The notes beneath the pieces are model-generated. The model did not search any database. It was not told where the DNA came from and was given only the letters and a program-made list of their open reading frames with translations. A stretch of DNA of 64,000 nt. It comes from Camelus dromedarius (lineage: Eukaryota). The stretch is from assembly GCF_036321535.1 (NCBI RefSeq), contig NC_087437.1:34536001-34600000 (forward strand). The letters run 5' to 3'. Both the position numbers and the translations under genes were made by a program. Numbering within the stretch: the stretch's first letter is position 1; the number at the start of each line of letters is the position of its first letter. Below, piece by piece: positions 13,614-26,305 of the stretch.

Positions 13614-13997
13614 ATCACTCATATGTGGAATCTCAAAAAAAAAAAAAAAAAAAAAGAAAAGGAAAAAAGAGGACACTAATGAACTCATCTACAAAACAGA
13701 AACTGACTCGCAGACATAGTAAACAATCTTATGGTTACCGGGGGAAAGAAGGTGGAAAGGGATAAATTTGGGAACTTGAGATTTCCAAATGTTAACCACT
13801 ATATATGAAAATAGATTTAAAAAAAAACAAATTTCTTCTGTATAGCACAGGGAACTATATTCAATATCTTGTAATAACCTTTAATGAAAAAGAATATGAA
13901 AACAAATATATGTATGTATATACATGACTGAGACATTAGGCTATACACCAGAAATTAACACATTGTTAATTGACTGTATGTCAATTAAAAAAAAAAT
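13614..13997 (+). mobile_element. L1 3'UTR fragment
   Basis: ATCACTCATATGTGGAATCT-A-run...GCACAGGGAACTATATTCAATATCTTG...A-tail; imperfect TSD AGGTTAA(T)ATGAA. Confidence 0.9.
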
Positions 13998-16554
13998 TAG
14001 GTTAAATGAATATTGAAAAGTCTTAAAGGAAAAAAGATGGCTTGGAGAGCAAAACATTTAAGTTCTCCATAACTTGTTTCTTTTCTTTGAGCCAAAATAG
14101 AGCAGAAGGAGAAAAAAAATTTTTTAATCAGATTTTGATGAACATAGAAGTCCTAGATTCTGATTTGGACTTCTCCATAATAATTTCAGATCTGGACTCT
14201 GCAGCCCTAAATGGGCCTACCTCACCAAGAAAGGAAATGGAGGTGACCTAGATCTCTTTGCCCACTACTCTTTAATAAGTTAAATTACCAGTACAACTGC
14301 GCCACAATGAGCACAGATAACATTAGCCAACTTATCTGGGGCTCATTTCCAGGGTGAATTTGGACCCTGGACCCTAGGTGACTTCTGCTTGCTCTGTTTC
14401 CTAGCACCTTAACCTCAGTGCCTTACACGGCCAGCCAGACCTTTCTTACCACTGACCGAATTTTTTATGACTCGTCCAGAGTCTCTGCTTTTTTTTTTTT
14501 TTAATGCATTTCCTCTGTTTATGGCACATTCATTTGAGATTGAGGTTAAGAAATAAAAGACAATTTAACTCAATTCATCTCAGCCCATTTTATGTCCTGT
14601 GAGCAGTTTTAACAAAAAGTTGTTGGGTTGGATCAAAGTACTTGATTAAAAAGAGATCTGAATTTTGAAGAGTCTAGTTTATTTCTGGTATCACGATCCC
14701 GGGAATATAGAGAATTAACTTGTTCCCATGTAGAGGTTCAGCTTGGTTTTTACAAAATACAGTGGAGAGTTTTATAGTAAGAGTAACAGTAAGCTCTATG
14801 GAACTTTGGGGAAAGCAGTATCTCCACAAGGCAGATTAAAAACTGTAAGTAGTACATAAGTAGTTTTTTTTTTTTAAATGAAGCTAACTTCTAAATATTG
14901 TGGTTTATGGTTATTGTAAGATAATACACACATGTGGTAAACATACATAAAGAAAATTCAACATTAGGAGGTTGTTCAGTAAAAACCAAATCTTTCTCCT
15001 GGATCTGCTCCCCAACCTTTGTTTCCCTCTGAAAAAGACAACACTTTCTGAAGCTAAGGTTGATGAGCAGGTGGTGAATTACTTCTTTTGCAACACAATC
15101 TCAGTCTTTAAAGACCAAAACAACATGTTGGGCATTAGACTTAACACTGTTGGAAAGAGCCACATAGCACTGGTTTCCTAAGAGTCATCACTGGGTTGTT
15201 TATATGTAAAGTGGCTACAATCCAAGGTTTATAAATGATTGCACAATAAAAATTAGAAGCCCTGTTTTGGATCACTGAATAGGTACCACTCAGGTTACAA
15301 TTTAACTATGCTAAAGAGATCAAACTATGGAAACAAATAGTAATAAGTGAAACATTCATCAGAGATTTGAAACCATTTCCTTTTAATTTATATTTTATGA
15401 AATATTCTTCCTCCTTCAATATCACAGTTTTTGAATGACTGTTTAAAGTAATTATTATCTTTGATAGAAATTTCCAAGGAGGTAGACGAATTACAAGATA
15501 AATCCATTTTCTGTTTTTATAAACCTAATTATATTCATTTTCACATTAAAAACAATTGTCTTCACGGTCGATATCTGTTTGTCTTTGATAACTGAATACT
15601 ACATTCCTAAAATCGTGGTGAATGCAGACTCCCCTTACAGCTCATTGCATTAAGCTGCTATCCTAGAGAGAACATAGAATAGATATTTTCCATAAATAAG
15701 TTGTTTATGTTCTAGAGTATTTTTTGGTTGAATTTTGATAGCTCAGAACCCAATATTTCATTAGTGTGATCTGCATTATTTTCTTCAAATGCATTTATCT
15801 TAACACTTATCTATACTGAATTCACTTGTCACATTTCTGCATTTTTTAATATTCCACACAATAAATATTCATTTCTTTGCCCAGCAAACATTCATTGAAT
15901 ATCCACTATGGCTCAAAGTTGGAAAAGACACAGTGCTGTTTCTAGCAGCCTCACAATGTTTGACTTGAGAGACCAACCAACATGGAAAAGAAAAACACAC
16001 TCAAACAAATCAATTTTATGAAATGTTAACACAGAAGATACATTCACAATATGGACACCACTTTGGCAGTGAAACATTATAATAATGTTGGCAGAATAAG
16101 TTTTATTCTTGATTAGAGAAACAATCACCTGCTATCCTCAGGTAATTGGAGAAGAGTTCAGAAATGTCCTTCTGTTATATTCAGAAGAGAAATGCTTGGA
16201 CATTCACAATTTTATTTTGTGTTCTACAAACTCTGAAAGAGTTGTTTGGTCTCAGCTCCAAAGATTTTACTTTCTCGTAGCTACTACATCAGCAAGGATA
16301 AGATTGGTCAACTGGAGGTACTTGGTTTGCTTGGTACTAACTTGCTAGAATTGATTTGGGGAATATTGCCAACCTAAGATAGTGTCATTAGCATTTCCAT
16401 TCAGAAATAAATTGTAGACCAAAGTCCAAAGGTTGCTCTGAAACATTGTGGTCTTCTTCTGCAGTATATAAATAGTCTATCTCCTAACTCTTAAGTCATA
16501 TTTTATTTTGAAAAGCAAAAATCATGTGGTTCAATTGTTACCTAATCACTACAC

Positions 16555-16618
<64 letters not shown>
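16555..16618. repeat. (TTA)~21 trinucleotide microsatellite
   Basis: Perfect run seen directly. Confidence 0.97.
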
Positions 16619-16620
<2 letters not shown>

Positions 16621-17028
16621 CCGCCATTGGTAAGAGAAGGGACAACAACTCACATCTTTTAACTGAAGCCTCTTGAACTTCTCCTCAAATCTATGCCCCA
16701 TCTAGGTGTTCCTTTCATCAGTAAATGGTAACTTCGGCCTCCCAACTGCTCATGCCAGAAACCTGGTTGTCATACTTGAAAATTCCATCTCCCTGTGAAG
16801 GGTACTTCACATCCAATAAGTGACCTTTCTACCTTCAAATATGTTTTGAATTTATCCACTTCTTTTTATCTCATTGTCCTTGCCCTGGTCCATGCCACTG
16901 TTGTATCTCTCTGGACAACTGTAAAAACTTCCTCACTGGCCACTCTATGTTCACACTTGCTTCTTCTCCAATCCAATCCTCAATAGCTGTGAGAGTGACA
17001 GTTTGAAGTGAGATTGTGTTATGTCATT

Positions 17029-18087
17029 TGTCTTAGTCTGCTCGTGCTGCTGTAATAAAATACCACAGGCTGGGGAATGTAAACTGTTGTAGCCACTATG
17101 GAAAATAGTATGGAGATTCCTTAAAAACTAAAAATAGAGTCCAGCAATCCCACTCCTGGGCATATATTTGAAAAAGACGAAAGCTCTAATTCAAAAAGAT
17201 ACATGTACCTCAGTGTTCATAGTGGCACTATTTACAATAGCCAAGACATGGAAACAACCTAAATGTTCATCGACAGATGATTGGATAAAGAAGTAGTGGT
17301 ATATTTATACAATGGAATACTACTCAGCCATAAAAAGAATGAAATAATGCCATTTGCAGCAACATGGATGGAACTAGAGATTATCATACTGAGTGAAGTG
17401 AGTCAGATAAAGACAAATATCACATAATATCACTTACATGCAGAATCTAAAAAATAGAACAAATGAACTTATTTACAAAATAGAAAAGACTCACAGACAT
17501 AGAAAACAAACTTACCAAAGGGGAAGGGGGGAGGGATAAACTGGGAGTATGGGATTAACAGATGCACACTACCATATATAAAATGGATAAATAGCAAGGA
17601 CTTACTGTATAGCACAGGGGACTATATTCAATATCTTGTAATAAACTATAATTGAAAAGAATTGAAAAAAGAATATACATATATCATACACACACACACA
17701 TACATATATATATGAAAGACTTTGCTGTATACCTGAAATTAACACAATATTGTAAATCAACTATACCCAATTGAAAAAAAAATATACCACAGACTGGTTA
17801 GCTTATAAACAACAGAAATCCATTGCTCACGGTTCTGGAGGCTGGGAAGTCCAAGATTAAGGAGCCAGCAGACTTAATATGGGCAACTTCTCACTGTGTC
17901 CTCACTTGGTTGAAGGGCTAAAGATCTCTCTGGAGCCTCTTTTACAAGATCACTAATTCCATTCATGTGGGCTCAGCCCTCATGACCTAACCACTTCCCA
18001 AGGGCCCTACGTCCTAAACCATGATCTATGGGGGTTAAGATTCAACACATGAATTTGAGGAGGGACACAAACATTCAGACCACAGTA
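17029..18087 (-). mobile_element. MaLR LTR (MLT1A-like) split by an L1 insertion
   Basis: TGTCTTAGTCTGCTCGTGCTGCTGTAATAAAATACCACAGGCTGG resumes at 17781 and runs to ...GGGACACAAACATTCAGACCACAGTA. Confidence 0.85.
17074..17780 (+). mobile_element. L1 3' fragment nested in MLT1A
   Basis: L1 ORF2 end plus 3'UTR. 17-bp TSD AAAATACCACAGGCTGG (17057-17073) / AATATACCACAGACTGG (17781-17797). Confidence 0.92.
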
Positions 18088-19355
18088 GTCGTTTCTTGGC
18101 TTATATGATTTTTCAGTGGCTTCTCGTTGCTCTTAAATAAAATTTAAAAATCTTTCATGTCCAGGTGCTGCATGATTGCTACTGTCATTTTGAGCTCTTG
18201 GTCACCATGCCCCAACCATATCAGCCTCCTCCTTCAGTGTGCCTCAATCCGTTCCCACCCAGGGCCTTCTTACGTGTTGTTTCCTCTGCTGCCCCGTCTT
18301 TTCTCCACCTCTTGCAGGGGAAACCCATCCTTCAGCTCTTAGCTTGAATGTCACTTTTCCTTCAATCCTGATTCCGCAGGCTACATTGGATTCCCCTGTT
18401 TTATTTTTCCAGAAGCACTCTATTGTCCTTTGTAACAGTCACCAGTAATAATGATATGGCTACTTGTGTAGTCATTCATTCAATGCCTGTCTTCCCACTA
18501 TTATGAGGCCCATGAGAGCAGAGACCTCACCTGTTGTTCACATTGTATTCCAAGCATCTAGAACATTTCCTAGCATAATAACTGCTCAAGCAATGTTTCT
18601 TTTTATTTTTTAATCAATGTTTCTTGAATACAAATTAGGGCACATACTCATGTAACATGGTATAGTTAGCTTTAGTTTATGAGTTTTTTGGTATTAAAGC
18701 ACATTTTAAATTAATTCAGTCTGCAAGAAATTAATCAGTTGGCTATCTTTTCTGAGCTTCGATAGCCATTTACTACAGCCTCGTTAGTGTTGCCCATGTC
18801 AAACACCCCTGAATTAAGTGGAATATAAACACTTTTTTCTCTTTCTCTCTCTTTTAAGGTGACCAGAGCCTCTCTATCTTCTCTGGCCCTTCACTGGAAG
18901 GTTTTTTGAATCTCTGAGAAGAGACTCTCTCCATGCTCCCACTGCTGTCTGGCTGTGGGGCTGGCCAGCATGTTTTCCTCCGCTGTTGCTCACCACTCTG
19001 GACAGCACTACCTGACGCTCCTGAGGGGAGGCACCTTGCCTTGCTGTAGACTCCACTAAGACTATTCTAGTGATTGCTTCTGTGTCAGGGTTCTCAGGTG
19101 TTAAGTCTCCATGCCACTTGCCAATGATGCTGCTACCTTTGTTGTTTGTGATTTCCACTGACCAGTCCTTCCTTATTCCCAACATCAAGACATCTCACTA
19201 TTTAGAAAATTATTTCCATTGGCAAACTGGAGAATTTGTTGTTTTTCCTCTCTTCCAGATCATTTGAAAACTAGTCACTGAAATGGTGCTAACAGATCCC
19301 GTAGGCACCACTGTGACACCTCCCCCTAGTTTTTATCCTTAAGCCAGTTCCCTAT

Positions 19356-19911
19356 TGTGTTGGAGAGACGCTAAGGTGGCCCCATGATCTCTGCCTCCTG
19401 GTATTCATGTCCTTGTGCAATCTATTTCCTTTTAGAGCAAGTGGGACCTGTGACTTGCTTCTAGTCAATGGAACACAGCAAAGGTGATGGATGTACTTGG
19501 TTACATAGGTGTGATCACTTTATAACATCCGTGTTGCTGAGAGACTTTCTCTTCCTGGCTGTAAAGAAGCAAGCTGCCATGTTGTGAGTTTCCTTAAGGA
19601 GAGGACCACGTAGCAAGGAACCAAGGGCAGCCTCCTGCCAACAGCTAGCAAGAAATTGAAGATCTCAGTCTGACATCCTGAAAGGAACTGGATGCTGCCA
19701 ACAAGCATGAAAGTGTAGAAGCAGATCCTTTCCCAGTCAAGTTTCAGATGAAAATCCAACCCTGGCCAGCACCTTAACTGCATTCTTGCCAAGGACTCAG
19801 TTAAGCTGTACTTGAACACTTAACTCGCAAAAACTGAGATAGTAAAAGCGTGTTGTTTTAAGGCACTAAATTTATAGTAATGTCGTTATGCAGCAACAGA
19901 TTACAAATACA
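19356..19911 (+). mobile_element. MaLR solo LTR (MLT1E/F-like)
   Basis: CCTCCTGGTATTCATG...AAGCAAGCTGCCATGTTGTGAG...TGTTGTTTTAAGGCACTAAATTT...TTATGCAGCAACAGATTACAAATACA. Confidence 0.8.
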
Positions 19912-20419
19912 TCTGTCCTTCACTGAAGGGGTTTTCTAACACCCTCCTTCCCCACCCATTTATTAATACCTTTCAGCTTGGAATTTGTTCAAAGCATTTT
20001 GAGAAAGTAGATGCTATGGCTTCCTCTTCCTACATGTAATTATCTACCTACCAAAAATGTCTAATCAAGTATGACTTTTCCCTTAAGTATCCTTACAATG
20101 GTTGCTTCTGCCCCTAGAGGTCACATATATGTCCATATTTAAAGCAATACTTTTTAAAATCCACCAGCTCCTGTCTTAAGGAAATAGGGCTGCAGCTACT
20201 CTTCGCAATAAAATCTCTCTCGTGAGTAGGACAATTCCATTTCTAGCACAGTGTAATCTAGCACATGTCATTTGTTAACAGTGTAGTCTTTCAAGATATT
20301 TCTCTGAAAAAATGGTGTCTGAAGTTTGGTTTATACTGTGTGTATGGTAACAGCATTATGTCTGGATTGGAATGTACCTGATCCTAAAAATGGCCAGATA
20401 TGTAGACTAAGCTCTACGT

Positions 20420-21021
20420 TAGTGCTGTCCAATAGAAATATAATGCAGGCCACACAGTTAATTTTACATTTTCTAGAAGATACATTTAAAAAGTAAAAAG
20501 GCATGACTGGGACATTGTGCTGTACACTAGAAATGGACACATTGTAACTGACTATACTTCAATAAAAAAAGTTTTCATTAAATTTAAAAAAAAGTAAAAA
20601 GGAACAACAAGGTCCTTCAGTACAGCACAAGGAACTATATTCAATATTTTGTAATAACCTATAATGAAAAAAATATGAAAGAGAACATATATATATGTAT
20701 AACTGAATCACTATGCTGTACATCTGAAACAAACACAACATTGTGAATCAACTATACTTCAATAAAAATTTTTTTTTAAAAACTAAAAAGAAACAGATGA
20801 GATTGGTTTTAATCATGTTTTATTCAACCCAAGATATCCAAAATAGTATAATTTTAATATGCAATTAATAAAATTAATGAGCTAGTTTCCTTTTATTTTT
20901 TAGCTGAGTCTTCAAAATCTCACCTGTTTTTTACACTCAAGCATATCTCAATTTACACTGGCCATGTTTCACATACTCAGTAACTGTATGTGGTTATTGG
21001 CTAGTGTAATGGACAGTACAG
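20420..21021. mobile_element. MER33-like hAT-Charlie element carrying two L1 tail insertions
   Basis: Ends TAGTGCTGTCCAATAGAAATATAATG / TGGACAGTACAG; interrupted at 20501-20780. Confidence 0.75.
20501..20780 (+). mobile_element. Two tandem, very short L1 3' ends of different subfamilies
   Basis: 20501-20590 is the GCATGACTGGGACATTGTGC type and 20603-20780 is the AACTGAATCACTATGC type; both are bounded by AAAAGTAAAAAG copies. Confidence 0.85.
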
Positions 21022-22049
21022 CTTTAGATAGTTCCATGAGCATGAGACATAAAATATTCCTCACAAAATTCTGCTTGAGGTAACTGGCTCTTTCTGGATT
21101 AAAAATGCATATCATATATATTTATGTAAATATAAGATTTGAGGCTAATAATGGCTAAGAAGGGAGCCATGAAGGTATTATGGTTTAATAGACGTACAGT
21201 GGATCCTTGGCATGTATAGATTTTATATCTGTAATATTACCTGCCCAAGGGTGACTTGGAAATTTGCTGTGACGTGAATTTGAATCAGCCTGACTACAGA
21301 AGCAGTCCCTTGGCTGGTTTGTAAACCTGCCTGACTTGTCTTGTCTGTATTTCTCTATTTATCTCATAAGCATTAATGTTCACTAGAATTGGGAGTCAAT
21401 TATCATTTGTACTAGTAGCATTTTATAGGAGAAATCATATGCATAGTTGAATATACAGATGTGGGGTCCTGCCCACGCTAACACTGAATTTTTCATCAAT
21501 GTCAGCTTTTGATGGAGCTGAGAGGCTTGTTAGATTAGACAGTTCTCCTGTCTCATCCATTTAAGCAAAGTCTCCATGAAATGTTATGCTCCATTGATTG
21601 AAAGTTTTCATCATAGCATATTGCAATTGTTCTTTCCTCTCTAGATATTGTGCTATCCTATTGTTATTCATTAACATTGCTTAATGAGCCAAAAAGAAAA
21701 TTCTTACTCTTAATTTAATAAATTATTCCCTTCAGAAACTTTCCATTTTTAATTTCTTTGAGGGAGGAACAAAAGACCTTTACCTGAAGGTATTTAAGTA
21801 AGTGTTCCTCCATCAGATACAACTGACTGTCAGGCACAGAGGGCTAGAGTGTTCCTCAAGGATTTTGCAGACTCACAGCTCCACCTCTTTTTCCTTGGTG
21901 TAGAAGAGCCATCTTATGAATATCTCCTAAATTTAGCAATAAGTTTGTGGGTGTTTATTATATTTTAAGTATGTTTTAAGTATTTCATAATTTAAAAAAA
22001 TTTTTGAAGACAGGTCATACATGTGTCCTCTAATCTCTTTCTGTTAATA

Positions 22050-22163
22050 CAGAGTCCTCAACTGTTGGCACTACTGACCTTTCAGGCCAGATAATTATTT
22101 GTTGTTGAGGGCTGTCCTGTACATTCCAGGGCCTTTGGCCTCTGCCCACTAGATGCCAATACC
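22050..22163. mobile_element. MER20-like hAT fragment
   Basis: GGCACTACTGAC...GGCCAGATAATT...GGGCTGTCCTGTACATT...GGCCTCTGCCCACTAGATGCCAATA. Confidence 0.7.
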
Positions 22164-23070
22164 TTCTGTTTTTTCATTTCTGTTCCCACAGTCATTACTT
22201 ATTTTGGGCCCTCATCACCTCTCACCTAGAATCCACATCAGTCCCTGAACTAGCTCATGTATCCAAGAGCCTGCCTTGTAAATACACCCCCCACATATCA
22301 AAAGAATAAAAGAATAATATCTATCATTTATTTAGCCTCTACCACGTGTCATGCAAGTGGTGAGTGCACTCATTTGTCAACTCTTGTCTGACATAGCGAA
22401 ATTGAGACGTTAAATGACTTACCCCAATGACACTGCTAATGAGAATAAGGCAAGATTCAAATTTAGGTCTGTTTAACTTCAAAGCCTGTGATCTTTATGT
22501 TATCAAACTGCCTACACGTGAAGTCTTCCTAAAACATGAATGGAACTTGTTTCTTCCTTTTTACACTTTCGGTGGCTTTCCAGTGCATTCCACAGGCAAT
22601 ATGATCTGTCCATTCCTTTCGGCATCCTGCTCCCATAAGCATCCATGCGCATTGTATTCTTATCTCACTGGATGGTGACCATTTTTCCAAATGGGCCATG
22701 CATGTTCATATTTTTATGTGTTTCTTCAACTGATTCCTCAACTTGAAAAGCACTTTCCAGCCCCTTTCTTCCCTACAATTCAAATCACTTTTAAAAATCT
22801 ACCTTAAATATGTATTTTTCAGTGAAATCTTTCTGACATGCCCAGGATGAATTGTTTCTTCTTTTCCACTTCCATAGCATAAGGCTTATTACACTTGCTT
22901 TGACATCATTCTGTTTTATTGAGTACTTTTCTGCATATCTGTCTGCAGATACATGGAAGGCAGGGATCACTCCTTATTTACACTCTGCCCCATCCAAAAA
23001 AGATTGAGGCAACTAGAGGCTTCCAGCTCTGTATTTCCTAGAACACATCATCACATCCTGGTTTTTAGAA

Positions 23071-23112
23071 AACACACACACACACATACACACACACACA
23101 CATACACACACA
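23071..23112. repeat. (CA)n microsatellite
   Basis: Seen directly. Confidence 0.9.
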
Positions 23113-23531
23113 ACTACTACTACTCCTCAAAAAAAAAAATTGAATACATGGATAAATGAATAAGTGAATACATGACAAAATGTTTATGATGTGTTTTTTC
23201 CCCCTGGCTACATGCATTATAGAAAGTTTGGAAAGTACAGGGAAAATAAGTAATTCACATGCTAACCACATATATATCCATATTTCTACCACATAGATTT
23301 TAGAAAATATCCCCTGGTTAGCTGATGTCCAGAAATGTCTTAGAGCAATCTACAGATTTAATGCAATTTCTATCAAATTAACCATGGCATTTTTCATGGA
23401 ATTAGAACAAATAATCCTAAAATGTATATGGAACCATAAAAGACTCAGAATTGTCAAAGCAATCCTGAGTAAAAAGAACAAAGCTGGAGGCATAACCCTC
23501 CCAGACTTCAGACAATACAACAAAACTACAG

Positions 23532-23681
23532 AGGGGAAGGTATAGCTCAGTGGTAGAGTACCTCATAGCATGCAGGAGGTCCTGGGTTTATCCCCAGTAC
23601 CTCCATTAAAGAGAAATAAATAAAAACCTAATTACCTCCCCACCTAAGTAAAAAATAAATACGATTTTTTTTAATTTTAAA
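23532..23681 (+). mobile_element. vic-1-type tRNA SINE nested in L1
   Basis: GGTATAGCTCAGTGGTAGAG...GGTCCTGGGTTTATCCCCAG. TSD AATACAACAAAACTACAG (23514-23531) / AATACTACAAAGCTACAG (23682-23699). Confidence 0.92.
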
Positions 23682-24429
23682 AATACTACAAAGCTACAGT
23701 AATTAAAACTGTAGTACTGGCATAAAAACAGATATATAGATCAATGGACTAGAATAGAGAGCCCAGAAATAAACTCTCACACCTATGGTCAGTTAATCTT
23801 CCACAAAAGAGGCAAAAATATACAGTGGAGAAAAGACAGTCTCTTCAACAAGTTGTGTTGGGAAAGTTAGACAGCCACATGTAAATCAGTGAAGTTGGAA
23901 CACTCCCTCAACCCCACACAAAAATAAATTCAAAATGGCTTAACAGTTTAAATATATGGCATGACACCATAAACCTTCTAGAAGAGAATATAGGGAAAAC
24001 ATTCTCTGGAATAAATTGTAGCAACGTTTTCTTAGGTCAGTGTCCCAAGGCAATAGAAATAAAAACAAAAATAAACAAATGGAACCTCTTCAAACTTATA
24101 ATCTATTGCACAGCAAGGGAAACCATAAACAGAACAAAAAGACAATCTCTGGAATGGGAGAAAATATTTGCAAACAATGTGACTGACGAGGGCTTAATTT
24201 CAAGAATATAAAAATAGCTCATACAGCTCAGTAACAAAAACCAAACAACCCAATCAAAGAGTGGGCAGAAGATCTAAATAGACATTTCTCCAAAGAAGAC
24301 ATACAGCTGGGCAAAAGCACATGAAAAGATACTTAACGTTACTAATTATTAGAGAAATGCAAGTCAAAACTACAATCAGATATCACCTCACACTGGCCAG
24401 AATGGCCATCATTAAAAAGTCTACAAATA

Positions 24430-24937
24430 GACTGGGTGAAATAGAGCAGGACCCTGTGGGGTCCTCCCTGGAACAAATACTTCCTGTGTCCTCCATTTCT
24501 TGTTAGTAGGACTTAGGCTGCATTCAGTCTCCTTGACCTTCCCTGAGTTCCAAAGGGCAGATTCAAACAGAGAAGGGAGGGAAATGCAGAGACAAAGGAG
24601 GCACAGTCAAGAAACAATGGTGCAGCCTTGGGGCAGGGTCCTGGTTCCTCCTCAAGTAATGCATATAGCAATATCTTTGAGTTCTTCTGCAGGAACCAGG
24701 GCCCCCACACAGGTGGAGGATGGCAACTTCAGGCTGAGCACAAGATTCCTGGAACATCATCCTGTTACCACACTACCAACCAATCAGAAGAAAGCCAATC
24801 ACACACCTTGCGGCCATCACCCCAAATTTTGCCTATAAAAACTTTTCCCTGAAAACTATCAGAGTTTGGGTTTTTCAAGCACTAGCTACCTGTTCTCCTT
24901 GCTTGGTCCTGCTCTTTCTCTGCTACAAAGCAAACAA
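24430..24937 (+). mobile_element. ERV1-type LTR (U3+R) inserted with TPRT hallmarks
   Basis: TG start at 24437 (TGAAATAGAGCAGGACCC), two CCAAT boxes at ~24780-24800, TATA-like CCTATAAAA at 24832-24840, A-rich end. Perfect 16-bp TSD AAAAAGTCTACAAATA at 24414-24429 and 24938-24953. Confidence 0.8.
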
Positions 24938-25638
24938 AAAAAGTCTACAAATAACAAGTGCTGGAGAGGATGTGGAGAAAAGGGAACCCTCCTACACTGT
25001 TGGTGGGAATGTGAATTGGTACAGCCACTATGGAAAACAGTGGAGCCACTATGGAAAACACTATGGAGATCCCTTAAGAAACTAAAAATAGAGTTACCAT
25101 ATGATCCAGCAATGCCACTCCTGGACATATATCTAAAGAAAACTATAATTTGAAAAGATACATGCACCCCAATGTTCATGGCAGCACTATTTATAATAGC
25201 CAAGACATGGAAGAAACCTAAATGTCCATCAACAGAAGAATGGATAAAGAAGATGTGGTACGTATACAATGGAATACTAATGAGCCATAAAAAAGAATGA
25301 AATAATTCCATTTGCAGCAACATGGATGGACCTAGAGATTATCATATTAAGCAAAGTAAGTCAGGCAGAGAAAGACAAATACCATTTGATATCACTTATA
25401 TGTGGAAACTATAAAAATGGCACAAGTGAACTAATTTACAAAACAGAAACAGACTCATAGACATAGAAAACAAACTTATGGTTAACAAAGGGGACCCGGG
25501 GAAGGAATAAATTAGGAGTTTGGGATTAGCAGATACAAACTACTGTATATAAAATAGATAAACAACAAGGTCCTACTGTGTGGCATGGGAACCATACTCA
25601 GTATTCTGTAATAAACCATAATGGAAAAGAATATGAAA

Positions 25639-25673
<35 letters not shown>

Positions 25674-26111
25674 AATCACTTTGCTGTACACCAGAAACTA
25701 ACACAATATTATAAATCAACCATACTTAAATTTAAAAAAAAAAAAAAGAAAAATGGCTTAGAAAATCACCAATATATGTCATATGGTCTAGAGTGGCCCT
25801 TAGGAGCAGAAGGTCACAGCTGTACAGATCCCTGTCCTCTCAGAAGAGTGCACTTGTATCAGGTGAGGTTGGACACATTGAGGGACTACACAGATATTTT
25901 TATGTATAGGTATAAATTCAAAAGCTACAAAGGGGTATGAAGTGAAAAGTAAATCTCCCTCTACACTTGTCTTTTTGCCACTTAATTCCTCCTCCCAGAG
26001 ACAACCATTGCTTTCAATTGATGACTATTCCAAATAATCCTTATTTGGAAAAATAATTTTTATACAGCACTCTTAGGCCTTAGACAAAAGCTGCTATTAA
26101 AAATCTAATAT

Positions 26112-26305
26112 CTAACTAACTACTATATATAAAATAGATAAACAGGGTCTTATTATACAGCACAGGGAACTATATTCAGTATCTGGTAGTACCCTATAAT
26201 GGAAGAGAATATGGAAAATAATATGTGTGTGTGTATAACTGAATCTCTACACAATACACTAGAGACTAATACAACATTGCAAACTGACTGTATTTCAATA
26301 AAAAA
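26112..26305 (+). mobile_element. Short L1 3'UTR fragment
   Basis: ACTAACTACTATATATAAAATAGATAAAC...CACAGGGAACTATATTCAG...TTCAATAAAAAA; imperfect TSD AAAAA(T)CTAA(T/C)ATCTAA. Confidence 0.85.

Larger units (their letters stand above)
16670..18600 (+). mobile_element. L2 LINE 3' portion, interrupted by MLT1A and L1
   Basis: L2-like motifs at 16670-17028 and 18090-18600, ending TGCCTGTCTTCCCACTA...CATGAGAGCAGAGACC...TGTATTCCAAGCATCTAGAACA. Confidence 0.7.
23343..25752 (+). mobile_element. L1, 5'-truncated (ORF2 C-terminal part plus 3'UTR), with nested SINE and LTR retrocopy
   Basis: ORF2-like peptides (e.g. [42 protein letters not shown]); (TA)n at 25644-25670; A-tail at ~25735-25752. Confidence 0.95.
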
